Positions 39,483-48,454 of a DNA stretch of 64,000 nt are shown here, one piece after another; position 1 is the first letter of the stretch; each line of letters starts with the position of its first letter. Made by a program: the position numbers and the translations under genes. Origin of the DNA: Bdellovibrionales bacterium (GTDB taxonomy: Bacteria > Bdellovibrionota > Bdellovibrionia > Bdellovibrionales > UBA1609); assembly GCA_965205945.1 (NCBI GenBank), contig CBDBIB010000002.1, forward strand, positions 160,001 to 224,000, in the 5' to 3' direction. Below the pieces are notes generated by a model that worked only from the letters and a program-made list of their open reading frames with translations, did no database searches and was not told the origin of the DNA.

Positions 39483-40259
39483 ATGGCTAAGAGATTTACA
39501 GATTCGGAAAAGTTTAGAGATTCTTGGTACAGAAAATTAAGCCTTAAGCACAAATGTCTTTGGGAATATATTTTGTGTGAATGTGACCACGCCGGCATTT
39601 TGAAGTTTGATGAAGATCTTGCATCTTTTCAAATAGGTGGAGAAGTGAGCACTGAAGAGCTTGAAAATGTGTTTGGTGATAGAATATTAAAGCTTAGCAA
39701 TGAGAAGTTTTTTATCCCTAAGTTTTTGATATTTCAGTACCCATCAGGGCTAAACTCTTTAAAGCCCTTGGTGAAGAGTGTTCGTAAAGTATTGAAACAA
39801 CACGGCTTAGAAAAAACTGTTCAAGAATCGTATGGTAATCATTATTTAACCATTAATGAATCATTAGATAACGGTTACGCAACTGTTAAGGATAAGGATA
39901 AGGATAAGGATAAGGATAAGGATAAGGATAAAGAAAGAAAGGGGATTAAAAAAAATGAATCCCCAAAATTTCAACTTAAAACTTTTCAAGAGGTTATTGA
40001 AAATGTCGGCGAAGAGACTTTAAAAAAATGGAGCGAGCGCTATCCAGACATGATCTGGATGAAGTCTGAGATTGAAGACGCAATCGAGTACCACGGCGTT
40101 AAAAAACCTCCGACTTGTGCAGGCGGCTGGTCGATATTCATTTCAGGTTGGCTTAAGCGCGCAAAGAAACCACAGGCTCAAGCAAAAACTTTTGACGACA
40201 TCAAGCGAGACAAAACTTTAGAAGCTCACGAAGAGTATTTGAGGGAGGCTGTGTTGTGA
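39483..40259 (+). CDS. Phage-type replication initiator
   Basis: MAKRFTD...W.RKL...LW.YIL..CDHAGI N-terminus, DK-repeat linker, internal 11-bp repeats. Confidence 0.75.
   Translation: MAKRFTDSEKFRDSWYRKLSLKHKCLWEYILCECDHAGILKFDEDLASFQIGGEVSTEELENVFGDRILKLSNEKFFIPKFLIFQYPSGLNSLKPLVKSVRKVLKQHGLEKTVQESYGNHYLTINESLDNGYATVKDKDKDKDKDKDKDKERKGIKKNESPKFQLKTFQEVIENVGEETLKKWSERYPDMIWMKSEIEDAIEYHGVKKPPTCAGGWSIFISGWLKRAKKPQAQAKTFDDIKRDKTLEAHEEYLREAVL
39814..39890 (+). repeat. Seven contiguous imperfect 11-bp repeats (putative iterons)
   Basis: aaactgttcaa gaatcgtatgg taatcattatt taaccattaat gaatcattaga taacggttacg caactgttaag. Confidence 0.6.
39891..39932 (+). repeat. (GATAAG)6 + GATAAA microsatellite encoding the DK linker
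   Basis: Directly visible. Confidence 0.9.
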
Positions 40260-40747
40260 GCAAACAAAAGCTTTCTAAACTCGTTACAATTCTCGGGCGG
40301 ACATTTAATCAACAGCTTAGCAAAGAGCATTACTATGCTTACGAATTAGTACTTTTAGATGAAGTTAAAGACTTTGAGGGTCTTTGCAAAAAAGCAGTTA
40401 AGTCTTTTGAAAGAATGCCTTCTCCTAAACAGCTTTTAGATATTTCTAGAGGCAATGAACTTTCATCAAAACAAAAAAGCGTAGAGTTGATGGGTCAGCT
40501 GAAGCTTCATATTCAAAAACATGGATATTACAATTTTGAAAATGCTAAACGCACTGCAAGCCCAATGCTTTGGAGTTTAGTTCAAAAACTTGGCGGGTGG
40601 TCGAACGCTTGTAGAATAAATTTAAATGACAGTTCAGCTTACGCACAGGCAAGAGACTTTGCTGAAGTTATTTTGCTAAAAACAAAAACTGAATTTGCAC
40701 AACTTAAAAGCAAAAGTGAAATAAGAGCGCTAAGGGGTCAACGATAA
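40256..40747 (+). CDS. Phage replication-associated protein (DUF6475 / helicase-loader-like)
   Basis: Overlaps initiator stop; MPSPKQL, HGYY, VQKLGGW..AC motifs. Confidence 0.65.
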   Translation: MSKQKLSKLVTILGRTFNQQLSKEHYYAYELVLLDEVKDFEGLCKKAVKSFERMPSPKQLLDISRGNELSSKQKSVELMGQLKLHIQKHGYYNFENAKRTASPMLWSLVQKLGGWSNACRINLNDSSAYAQARDFAEVILLKTKTEFAQLKSKSEIRALRGQR

Positions 40748-40816
40748 TATAAGTTTTAGAGTGATCTTTTTTTTTAATTTCAGAAAGGAAAGAGTTCTAA
40801 GTGCTCTATTTCACCT

Positions 40817-41170
40817 TTAACGACTTTTTTTATACCTCTTGTTATTGCTTCTCTTATTTCTTTTATTAGCTCTCTCGAGAAGAGTTTCTATACCGTCAAT
40901 ATGAGGCACACAAAACTCTAAAACAGTTGTGATATCAAAACAATCAACCTCTTGTTTACCGTGAACACCTGATGTCATAACACGGTCTGTTGGTGTGAGT
41001 TCAAGGTCTTTTGCGAGCTGAACGTTTATGACAGATTTAGTTGCACCAGTGTCCCATAATGCCTTTTGGGTTTTGAAGTGTTTTTCAGAGAAGGGATTTA
41101 TAAGGTTGGCAAAGGTGCATAATTGAACGACTCTGCCATTGTACTCAATTTCAAAAGCGTTGTATTTCAT
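40817..41170 (-). CDS. Retropepsin-like aspartyl protease, probably internally deleted
   Basis: ALWDTGATKSVI catalytic motif; no downstream hhGxD motif. Confidence 0.75.
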   Translation of the reverse strand: MKYNAFEIEYNGRVVQLCTFANLINPFSEKHFKTQKALWDTGATKSVINVQLAKDLELTPTDRVMTSGVHGKQEVDCFDITTVLEFCVPHIDGIETLLERANKRNKRSNNKRYKKSR

Positions 41171-41422
41171 TTAAGAGAATTTTACATTAAAGCCAAAATA
41201 GTGAGCAGTGTCGTCCTTGTCGGTTACATCTTTAACTAAAATTTGACCTAGTTTATGTCCTTTTGAAATAGCGTCTTTAATTGCTATAATTCGCTCTTTA
41301 TAAGAGCCTACCAGTTTAAAATGGGAGTCTAAAACAATAACCTTACCATTGTATTTTTTTACAAATTCAGCTTTATTTTTGTTATAGAAGTCATTTATTT
41401 TTTTAACCATCTCATAAGGCAT
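41171..41422 (-). CDS. Small DUF5678-like protein upstream of the aspartyl protease
   Basis: FY..N..EFVKKYNGKVIVL...VGSY pattern; abuts protease start. Confidence 0.65.
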   Translation of the reverse strand: MPYEMVKKINDFYNKNKAEFVKKYNGKVIVLDSHFKLVGSYKERIIAIKDAISKGHKLGQILVKDVTDKDDTAHYFGFNVKFS

Positions 41423-41504
41423 AGCAGTTTATCTCCATATATCAACTATTATACGGTATAATTGAAAAAATATCACTAACCTATAAAATAAAACAGAGAT
41501 GGCT

Positions 41505-41729
41505 TTAGCCAGTCTCTTTTTGAGCTTTTAGCTTCTCGCCAAGCCCTTTTAAATCATCAAGAACAGATTGGCCTTTCTCAAGCTCTGTAACTCGAGATTT
41601 AAGCTGCTCAATTTCTTTATTTTTAGCTTCAATTTGAGTGTTTAAGGCCTTTTCAACAGTGTTGTTTTTATTAATAACCAAACCTTTTATCTCGGCTAAA
41701 ACAGCATCAGTTTCTATCTCAGTCCTCTT
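41505..41729 (-). pseudogene. 5'-truncated coiled-coil gene fragment
   Basis: Open frame KRTEIETDAVLAEIKG...KNKEIEQLKSRVTELEKG...KETG* without a convincing start. Confidence 0.5.
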
Positions 41730-41731
41730 AA

Positions 41732-41923
41732 ATGAGCCGCTTTATTAATTATGTTATTTTTTCTGTCTTATTTTTTCAAATAGGGTGTGTAAATTCCGAA
41801 GACATTGTTCAAGTACCTATTCCTCCAACATTAAGTTTTATAAATTTAACTTCAAGTGAGGAAGCAACCTTAGTAGCCACGCCAAGTTTTACTTGGACTG
41901 TTAATCGTTCATCGACTTATTAA
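41732..41923 (+). CDS. Short putative lipoprotein, probably a truncated N-terminal fragment
   Basis: Hydrophobic signal ending QIGC; stops abruptly at the antitoxin gene. Confidence 0.4.
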   Translation: MSRFINYVIFSVLFFQIGCVNSEDIVQVPIPPTLSFINLTSSEEATLVATPSFTWTVNRSSTY

Positions 41924-41925
41924 AA

Positions 41926-42225
41926 CTACGCAGCTTTAGAGATTTTAAGCTTTACCTTATACCCTAAGGCAGCAAGCACTCGAAGCATAAGGTCTGTAGA
42001 AATATCCATAGTGTTTCTGTTTAAAAGGGCCGTCATTCTGGTCCTGGAACTTCCAGCAAGCTTTGCTAATTCAGCATGGGTGATACCGCTTTTTTCCACT
42101 ATTTTGATGATTTTAGAATTAAGCTCAGATTTAAACTCAATTTCAGCTCCGTCAATAGGTGATAAACCTAGAGCTACTGCAAGCTCCTCAGCAGTCTTTG
42201 TTTTTACAGTCTTTACTCTAGCCAT
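41926..42225 (-). CDS. higA: HigA-type XRE HTH antitoxin
   Basis: GITHAELAKLAGSSRTRMTALL HTH; downstream of and overlapping a RelE-like toxin. Confidence 0.85.
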   Translation of the reverse strand: MARVKTVKTKTAEELAVALGLSPIDGAEIEFKSELNSKIIKIVEKSGITHAELAKLAGSSRTRMTALLNRNTMDISTDLMLRVLAALGYKVKLKISKAA

Positions 42226-42550
42226 CTACTAACTCCTTTAGCCTCTTTTGACCCGTAGAAATCTCTTTTTGGGGAGTTTTCTGGGTTTTCTTCATAAACG
42301 CGTGAAACACTACAATTCTGTCTTTAAGACGAGTCAAGTAAAAGGTTCTGTAAATACCTGAAGTGTCTTTTACCCTAAGTTCTTCAACACCTTTTGCCAC
42401 CGACTTCATAGGCCGTGACAATGGCATAGACAGCTTTTCACCTTTTTGCAGGTCTCTAATAGCTTTACCCAGTTCCTTTTTTATAGGTTCTGGAAACTTC
42501 TTAATCGCCTTTAAGGCCGCTGGATGAAACTCTACGTCTTTCACAAGCAC
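42218..42550 (-). CDS. higB: HigB/RelE-family (Gp49-like) toxin
   Basis: GVEELRV, GIYRTFY, VFHAFMKKTQKTP motifs. Confidence 0.9.
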   Translation of the reverse strand: MLVKDVEFHPAALKAIKKFPEPIKKELGKAIRDLQKGEKLSMPLSRPMKSVAKGVEELRVKDTSGIYRTFYLTRLKDRIVVFHAFMKKTQKTPQKEISTGQKRLKELVDG

Positions 42551-42553
42551 AGT

Positions 42554-42569
42554 GTCTCACATTTGAGAC
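42554..42569. promoter_or_regulatory. Palindromic putative HigA operator
   Basis: GTCTCA-catt-TGAGAC directly upstream of the toxin start. Confidence 0.55.
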
Positions 42570-42599
42570 TATAAATCAAACTTAGTTTAAAATCTCTGT

Positions 42600-42791
42600 T
42601 CATTTAGTCCTCTCCCACTCGTAGGTTTTTTTCGTGAGCTCTCGATTAAACCTTTGAATTGACCCAAGACCTCTCTGGCTTAATTTCACCGCTTCAGCCT
42701 TAAAATAGTCATAGACTCCTGAGCCCGTGACGTACATGATGCTGTAAAAAATCAACGCCATGAGCGCATTTAAAAACTCTCTAAACATCAC
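42600..42791 (-). CDS. Small hypothetical membrane protein
   Basis: 63-aa ORF with N-terminal hydrophobic helix. Confidence 0.45.
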   Translation of the reverse strand: MMFREFLNALMALIFYSIMYVTGSGVYDYFKAEAVKLSQRGLGSIQRFNRELTKKTYEWERTK

Positions 42792-43026
42792 CGGCTTCCA
42801 CTTGTTACGTCTTTATTTTTCACCACATTTACAGTTACCCACTGGATGACTACATAGATCCTCTTCATCTCTTCACTCCTTTCAAAAAAGAATGACAAAA
42901 TGGTTGGTGAACGGCAGCTGGTCGCAATCCCCCTTAATCCGTAAATTAGGTTAAAATTGCGATCACTGCGACCAAACTCGATGAATATTGATGTATACCT
43001 GTGCATATCCGTAGAAGTTTCATGAC

Positions 43027-44175
43027 TAGACCTCCCCAAAAATACTGGACAGTTTTCTAAGTGCGAACTAAACCTACAAGGAGAGGTAAAAAGGCATGGA
43101 GAAGAAGAAAGAGGCTACAGAGTCTAAAAAAAAGTATAATACTTTTTCAGAAGAATTTAAAGAAGAAGCTGTTGAATTGGCAAATAGAGTTGGAAACAGC
43201 TAGGCATCAAGAGATCTAGGAACTACTGAAACCAGCATTAGAAATTGGAGAAAAAAGCTAAATCTAAAACTCCTGAAAGCTTATTAAAAGAGGAAAATAA
43301 GAAGTCATATAGAGAACTTGAGAAAGAAAATAAGCGTTTAAAAAAAGAGCTTGGTTGGATGGAGGAAATTAATACAGTGTTAAAAAAAAGCACAGCGATT
43401 TTCTCCTCAGATCAGATCAAAAAGTCAAAATCATGAAAGAGCTAAGTTTAACAATTCCCGTCTATTTTTTTATGCATTTTTTTTGGAGTAAGTAAGAGTA
43501 CTTTTTATTATTTAAATAATAAAAAAAGCTCAAAATCGTTTCAAAGGAAAACAAAAATAAAGGAAAAAATTAAGAGCATTTTTCAATCATCGTATAAAAC
43601 TTATGGTTCACCACGTATTTATGAGGAGTTAAAAAATAAGGGCATTTGGATAAGTGAGAACACAGTGGCTAAGTATATGGTTGAAATGGGCTTAGATGTT
43701 AGACACAAGAAGGTTTTTAAGGTTAAGACAACAGATTCAAAGCATAAGTATAAAATAGCACCAAGACTGTTTAAGGTTGAAAAAGAAGAGTCTTTGCCAA
43801 AAGATCCTGGAAGAATTCTAGCCGGCGACATAACATATTTAAGGCAAGGGACAGGGAGAAACTTTTTATACTTAGCCGTAGTAATTGATTTATTTAACCG
43901 TGAAGTTGTTGGTTGGAGTATAGGTAAAAGCTTAGAGACAAGATTGGTGTTAAAAGCACTTAAAATGGCCATAAAAAAAGTTGGCTCAAGTGCTGAAGTG
44001 ATTTTTCATTCAGATCGTGGGGTTCAATACGCTAGTGATACTTATAGACAGTTTTTAAAAAACAAAAAGATAAGACCAAGTATGAGTAGAAAAGGGAACT
44101 ACTATGATAATGCATATGTTGAAAGTTGGTTTTTAAGTTTAAAAAAAGAATTTCTATATAGAAAAAACTATACTG
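43027..44175 (+). mobile_element. IS3-family relic (disrupted orfA, A8G slip site, 3'-truncated orfB)
   Basis: Left end TAGACCTCCCCAAAAATACTGGACAG; orfA from 43096 with TAG at 43201; YGSPRI, GDITY, DLFNREVVGW, HSDRGVQY, DNAYVES. Confidence 0.9.
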
Positions 44176-44398
44176 ATCTTTTACGGAGAGAGGGAAAACT
44201 ACAACAAGGGATTGGCCCATAAGTTTTTAATTTTTTTTATCATCTTTTTTTTGACATTTTTTAAAATAATTTCATAAGGATCTTTTTGTGGTGGAGGGAG
44301 GGGAGAAATATGATATTATTCTAGTCATAAAGATAAAAAATAATTAGTAACGCTTAGTAAAAAATCGTTACTTTAGTGAGTTTATAGAGTTCCAAATT

Positions 44399-47200
44399 AT
44401 GAGTGGTTTTTATATGGAGGAGAGAAATATGATAAAAACATGGTTTCGTTGTTTTTCAATTTTATTTTTAGCTTTTTTTATTTTTGGTTTTACAGTAGAA
44501 AGTCAAAAAGCTAGGGATTCTTTTGTAGATAAAAAATTCCCTGAATCACTTAATCGTTTTGCCAATGAACAATTTTATGAGAAATTAAATCGACAGAGAA
44601 TTGTTAAAAGGTTGAAAGAAGATCAGTATAAGTCTCGTCAACTTTTAAGAATAGCTTTGATTGATACTGGAGTTGAGCCTTTCCATCCTAATTTGATAGA
44701 TCAAATTGATTTTAATTTTGAAGATAAAAAAGGTCGATTAAGAATGGGAAAAGATATTATGGGACAAGATTATTTTGCTTCCTCTAATCTAATAGATCCA
44801 TCCGTATTCGCTTTTGGTGCTAAATTGCAAGGTCCTCTTATAGAGCAGTATGTAGAGAACCCTTTGGGTTTAATGAAAAAAATGAATGATCGTTTTTTAA
44901 ATATACTTATTACAGAGATGAATAGTAATCCTCAATTTGAAAATACATTATTTCGTGATAAATTCACCAGAGATTCTATGAATATCTTTGGGGCTTACAG
45001 TCTCCTTATGCCATCTAGTGATGATCCTAAATATCAAGAAAAAAAAGGCACTTTGATTAAGGGCAAACGAAATTATGCTATAAAAGATAAGGAATCGGGA
45101 AAATATTTATATAATGCAAAAGAGATTCATAATATCTACGATAGGCCCTGGTTTGTTAACTCTGAAACAGGTTTAATGGGCTTTGTACAAGGAACTTCAA
45201 ACTTGGTGCTCATAGAGAAAGGTTTTGAATTCCTTGAATTGATTTCTGAGTCCTTTCAGAAGGTGAACAATGAGTTAAAAGTTATAGACGCTATGAAAAG
45301 TTATAAAGAATTCGTAGAAAAAAGAAGTAATGGGAATTCTTTGAGTTTGAGTGAGTTTATACGTGATTTGTCTAGAATGTTGTACTATAAAAATTATGGT
45401 GTGAATAGCTTTCATCCTATTCGTGACTGGGTGGCAAACATCTATGATAGTTTGATCTCTGATCCAGAAAAAGAGCAGCGTATTTTAACCGAAAAATTCA
45501 CAGTTAAGCCTAATGAACTTTTTAAGATGGTGGAGTATGGATTTAAAAAATCGGAAGAGGTTTACCAGTTTTTAGAGAAAAATGTAGATTCATTAGAGAA
45601 AGGGATAGAAGCACCACAATTGGTTGTTGAACAATTAAAAGTGCTTGCTGAATTGTTTAAAGGTTATCGTAAAAATGCCAGCAAAAATGTCAAATTTAAC
45701 CTTGTGGATTTACTGAGTCCTCATGCAACTGTGCCTTTTAGCTCAGAGTCAAGGAGGCAATACTTTTTTGCTTATCATCCTTATATTGCCAAATCTTCTA
45801 AGAATAGTCATGGAACCCATGTAGCCTTAACCGGTAGTGTTCAAAATAAGAATTTAAGAGTGTTTCCTATAAGAGTAATAACATCTCCTGCTTACTTAAG
45901 TCCTGAGCAGCAAAAAGAAATGAAGTCTATTTTTAAGGTAGATTTTAAGAAGTGGTTAAAGCTTCCTTTAGTTATAAAGGGTTTAAAAGAGAGATTTGGT
46001 GATGTTATTGATTTTTCTTCGAAAAGTCATGGCGTGGAGTCATTAATGAGCCTTCTTAATACAACAATAGATTTGTCTTTTAAAAGGGAGATCTTAAGAT
46101 ATACAGCGAGCTCAGAGCTTATTGAAGCTATTAAGGAAGTAGGCAAACAGAAGATTAAGTTAGTCAATATTTCCTTGGGAGGAGAATTCTCTAACCATGT
46201 GTCAAGTCAATTTAAAGAAAGTGTGGAGGAAAGGGTAAGCAACTCCTATAGGTTTTTACTTTATGAGTACTATAAATTTAGAATTGGAGAGACAATTTTA
46301 AAACATGCACAGCAAACCTTATTTATTGTTGCCGCAGGAAATGAAGGCCGGTGGACAGATGGTCAATCAAGAAGTACTTTGCCAGGCAATATCTCGTCAC
46401 TTTGGCTTGCAGAGCATGAAACTTCTAAGAAAGACGTAGCTCCAAATAATAGAGTGAATAATATATTAACCGTGGGCAGTTTAGATAGGAAAGGTAAGGC
46501 GTTGTCTCCTTTTACAAACATTCCCGTTTACACTCGAAATCTTATTTTTGCCCGCGGAGAGACAGTTCTAGCTGCAGGAGTAGCATATGATAGCCTTATT
46601 ATGCAAGAGATAATGGAACATGCACTTCCAGGAGCTGTCAATCGTGCTTCTACTTTAGATCTGAATGAGGATTTAATAAAACAATTTTTGGTAAAAAAAG
46701 GGTATTTAACTAGACAAGAGGCTAGTGATTCTAGAAAATTTCACAGCCAGAAAAGATTATTTGAGAATTATATTAGGGTTAGTCATGATACTTTGAAAAT
46801 TCAGACAGTCCATCTTTTAAACAAGTACCGTCCAAATACTATGTCAATGACAGGAACTTCTATGGCTGCCCCCAGTGTTTGGGGTTATATAGCCAACTTT
46901 GTACAGAAAGAAATGGTGAAAAGAGGTTTATCTAGCGAAGAGGTTTGGTTTCATAAGGATTTTAGCCCTAAAGAGTTAATAAGAGAGGTGAAATCCAGAA
47001 CGGTTGGCTTAGGGGGTTATTCTAAGAGCCCTTATCGCTTATTACCAGAAAAGGAGATTAATAGAGTCAAAAGGGACAAAGGCGGAGCTGCTATAATGAA
47101 ATATATCCAGATTCAGCAGGAAAAGGTTAAAGCGGCTAATGAAGTATTGTTTACTAGTGCTTTAAAAAGAAAAGTGATTACGTGTAAGAGTTTTTTGTAG
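44399..47200 (+). CDS. Secreted S8 subtilisin-like serine protease with large insertions
   Basis: IDTG, HGTHVA, AAGNEG, GTSMAAP in correct order; signal peptide. Confidence 0.9.
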   Translation: MSGFYMEERNMIKTWFRCFSILFLAFFIFGFTVESQKARDSFVDKKFPESLNRFANEQFYEKLNRQRIVKRLKEDQYKSRQLLRIALIDTGVEPFHPNLIDQIDFNFEDKKGRLRMGKDIMGQDYFASSNLIDPSVFAFGAKLQGPLIEQYVENPLGLMKKMNDRFLNILITEMNSNPQFENTLFRDKFTRDSMNIFGAYSLLMPSSDDPKYQEKKGTLIKGKRNYAIKDKESGKYLYNAKEIHNIYDRPWFVNSETGLMGFVQGTSNLVLIEKGFEFLELISESFQKVNNELKVIDAMKSYKEFVEKRSNGNSLSLSEFIRDLSRMLYYKNYGVNSFHPIRDWVANIYDSLISDPEKEQRILTEKFTVKPNELFKMVEYGFKKSEEVYQFLEKNVDSLEKGIEAPQLVVEQLKVLAELFKGYRKNASKNVKFNLVDLLSPHATVPFSSESRRQYFFAYHPYIAKSSKNSHGTHVALTGSVQNKNLRVFPIRVITSPAYLSPEQQKEMKSIFKVDFKKWLKLPLVIKGLKERFGDVIDFSSKSHGVESLMSLLNTTIDLSFKREILRYTASSELIEAIKEVGKQKIKLVNISLGGEFSNHVSSQFKESVEERVSNSYRFLLYEYYKFRIGETILKHAQQTLFIVAAGNEGRWTDGQSRSTLPGNISSLWLAEHETSKKDVAPNNRVNNILTVGSLDRKGKALSPFTNIPVYTRNLIFARGETVLAAGVAYDSLIMQEIMEHALPGAVNRASTLDLNEDLIKQFLVKKGYLTRQEASDSRKFHSQKRLFENYIRVSHDTLKIQTVHLLNKYRPNTMSMTGTSMAAPSVWGYIANFVQKEMVKRGLSSEEVWFHKDFSPKELIREVKSRTVGLGGYSKSPYRLLPEKEINRVKRDKGGAAIMKYIQIQQEKVKAANEVLFTSALKRKVITCKSFL

Positions 47201-47246
47201 GAGAGATGAAAAAATTATTACTAGGGTGCAGTCTAATGTACTACTA

Positions 47247-47322
47247 ACCTGAGTTCAAACTTTTAAAATCTGCTATAATACTTATTTTCGTAGGTTTGAA
47301 TACGGGTTGATAGTTTAAAAGA
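47247..47322 (-). mobile_element. Isolated IS982-family right end
   Basis: ACCTGAGTTCAAACTTTTAAAATCTG... homologous to the ends at 15117 and 23987. Confidence 0.65.
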
Positions 47323-47718
47323 GCAGCTCTAGATGAAGCAGATGGAGAAATTTTATCAATGTGTTTAAGTGAAAAATCTTTTAACGATAATCAAGTTTTT
47401 GATGATTTAGTTGAAGGCTTGAGAGAGTGAAATTTCAGACATCAGTACTCGTGGAGCTTATGATGATTCAAAGATTTATAATAAGTGTGAAGAGCTAGGA
47501 ATAAATTCGTTAATACTCTAAAGAGAAATTCAAAGTTAAAACAGTATGGAAACAGCAAAGCTAAGCTTATAAAGCGAGATGAGGTTTTAAGAAATATAAA
47601 AAAATTAAAGCGATGGAGATTAGAATCTGTTTACTTAAGAAGATTAATTTCTCAAACGGCTATGTACAGTTTTAGGAATATTTTTGGAGGAACTTTAAGC
47701 TTTAGAGGATTTTAGAGT
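47323..47718 (+). mobile_element. IS5-family (IS903 group) transposase relic
   Basis: Broken translation LDEADGEIL...GAYDD...RDEVLR...W.LESVY.RR.ISQTAMYSFRNIFGGTL. Confidence 0.75.
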
Positions 47719-48400
47719 GAGCCTGTAAATTAAATTGTGTAACTGCTTAACAGTGTACTAGGATTAAGCACTCTAAGGAGTAAGCAGAATGAACATAGAA
47801 GAAATAGGCAAAGAACTTTCTAAGAAAGTAAAAACACAAAAAGATTTACTAGATATTACAGGTCAACTTATGAAAGTTGTTTTAGAATCTGCTCTAAACA
47901 TAGAGTTAAATGATCGTTTAGGGTATTCTAAAAATACTAAATCTGAATTTAGAAAAGTTAACGCTAGAAATGGTTTTAGTAAAAAAATGATTAAGGGCGA
48001 AAAAGGTGAGCTTAAACTCTAGCCTCTCTATCACGGAGAGTCTAGCTTTGAGCCACAAATTGTTCCTAAAAGTAAAACTCGGATGCAAGGTTTTTAAGAA
48101 AAATATTTTAGCTTTATACTCTGCATAGTGGTTAAAGTTTATTAAAACAATAGAGTGATAAACAAAGCTATTTATCTTGCTCTAGGTTTAATGGGGCTTT
48201 GGGTTTTGAGAAAATGAAGGGGCAAAATTCTGGCTTAACGTTTTAACTGATCTAGAAAACAAAGGTCTAAAAGATGTTTTTATTTTTTTGAATTGATGGG
48301 CTCATAGGCTTCCCAGAGACCATAGCAGTAGCGTAGTCGAAGTCTAAGATTCAACTTTGCATTGTTTCATGCAAATTAGGAACTCCCTTGGGAACGTGCT
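47719..48400 (+). mobile_element. IS256-family relic
   Basis: Left end GAGCCTGTAAATTAAATTGTGTAA; ORF 47789-48022 (LGY...NARNG); downstream fragments NKAIYLALG, EGAKFWLNVLTDL, QLCIV. Confidence 0.85.
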
Positions 48401-48454
48401 GTTTAAAAAACTGATTAATTTTATGTTGGCAGATGAGGCGTTTTTGTTTAGAAT

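Larger units (their letters stand above)
39287..48420. mobile_element. Decayed tRNA-Val-associated island (prophage-like remnant plus IS relics); right boundary approximate
   Basis: Phage replication genes start right after the tRNA, then gene fragments, a TA pair and four IS relics; no integrase or attR seen. Confidence 0.7.

Noticed and set aside
39287..39490. 67-aa ORF right after the tRNA
   Set aside because: Starts at the tRNA end with no RBS; region looks like attachment-site DNA
42788..43039. 83-aa ORF
   Set aside because: Its start lies within the IS3 end; only a 26-aa tail has an SD; no recognisable family
47719..47727. GAGCCTGTA matching the tRNA-Val 5' end as attR
   Set aside because: Only 9 bp, wrong end of the tRNA, and explained as the IS256 terminal repeat
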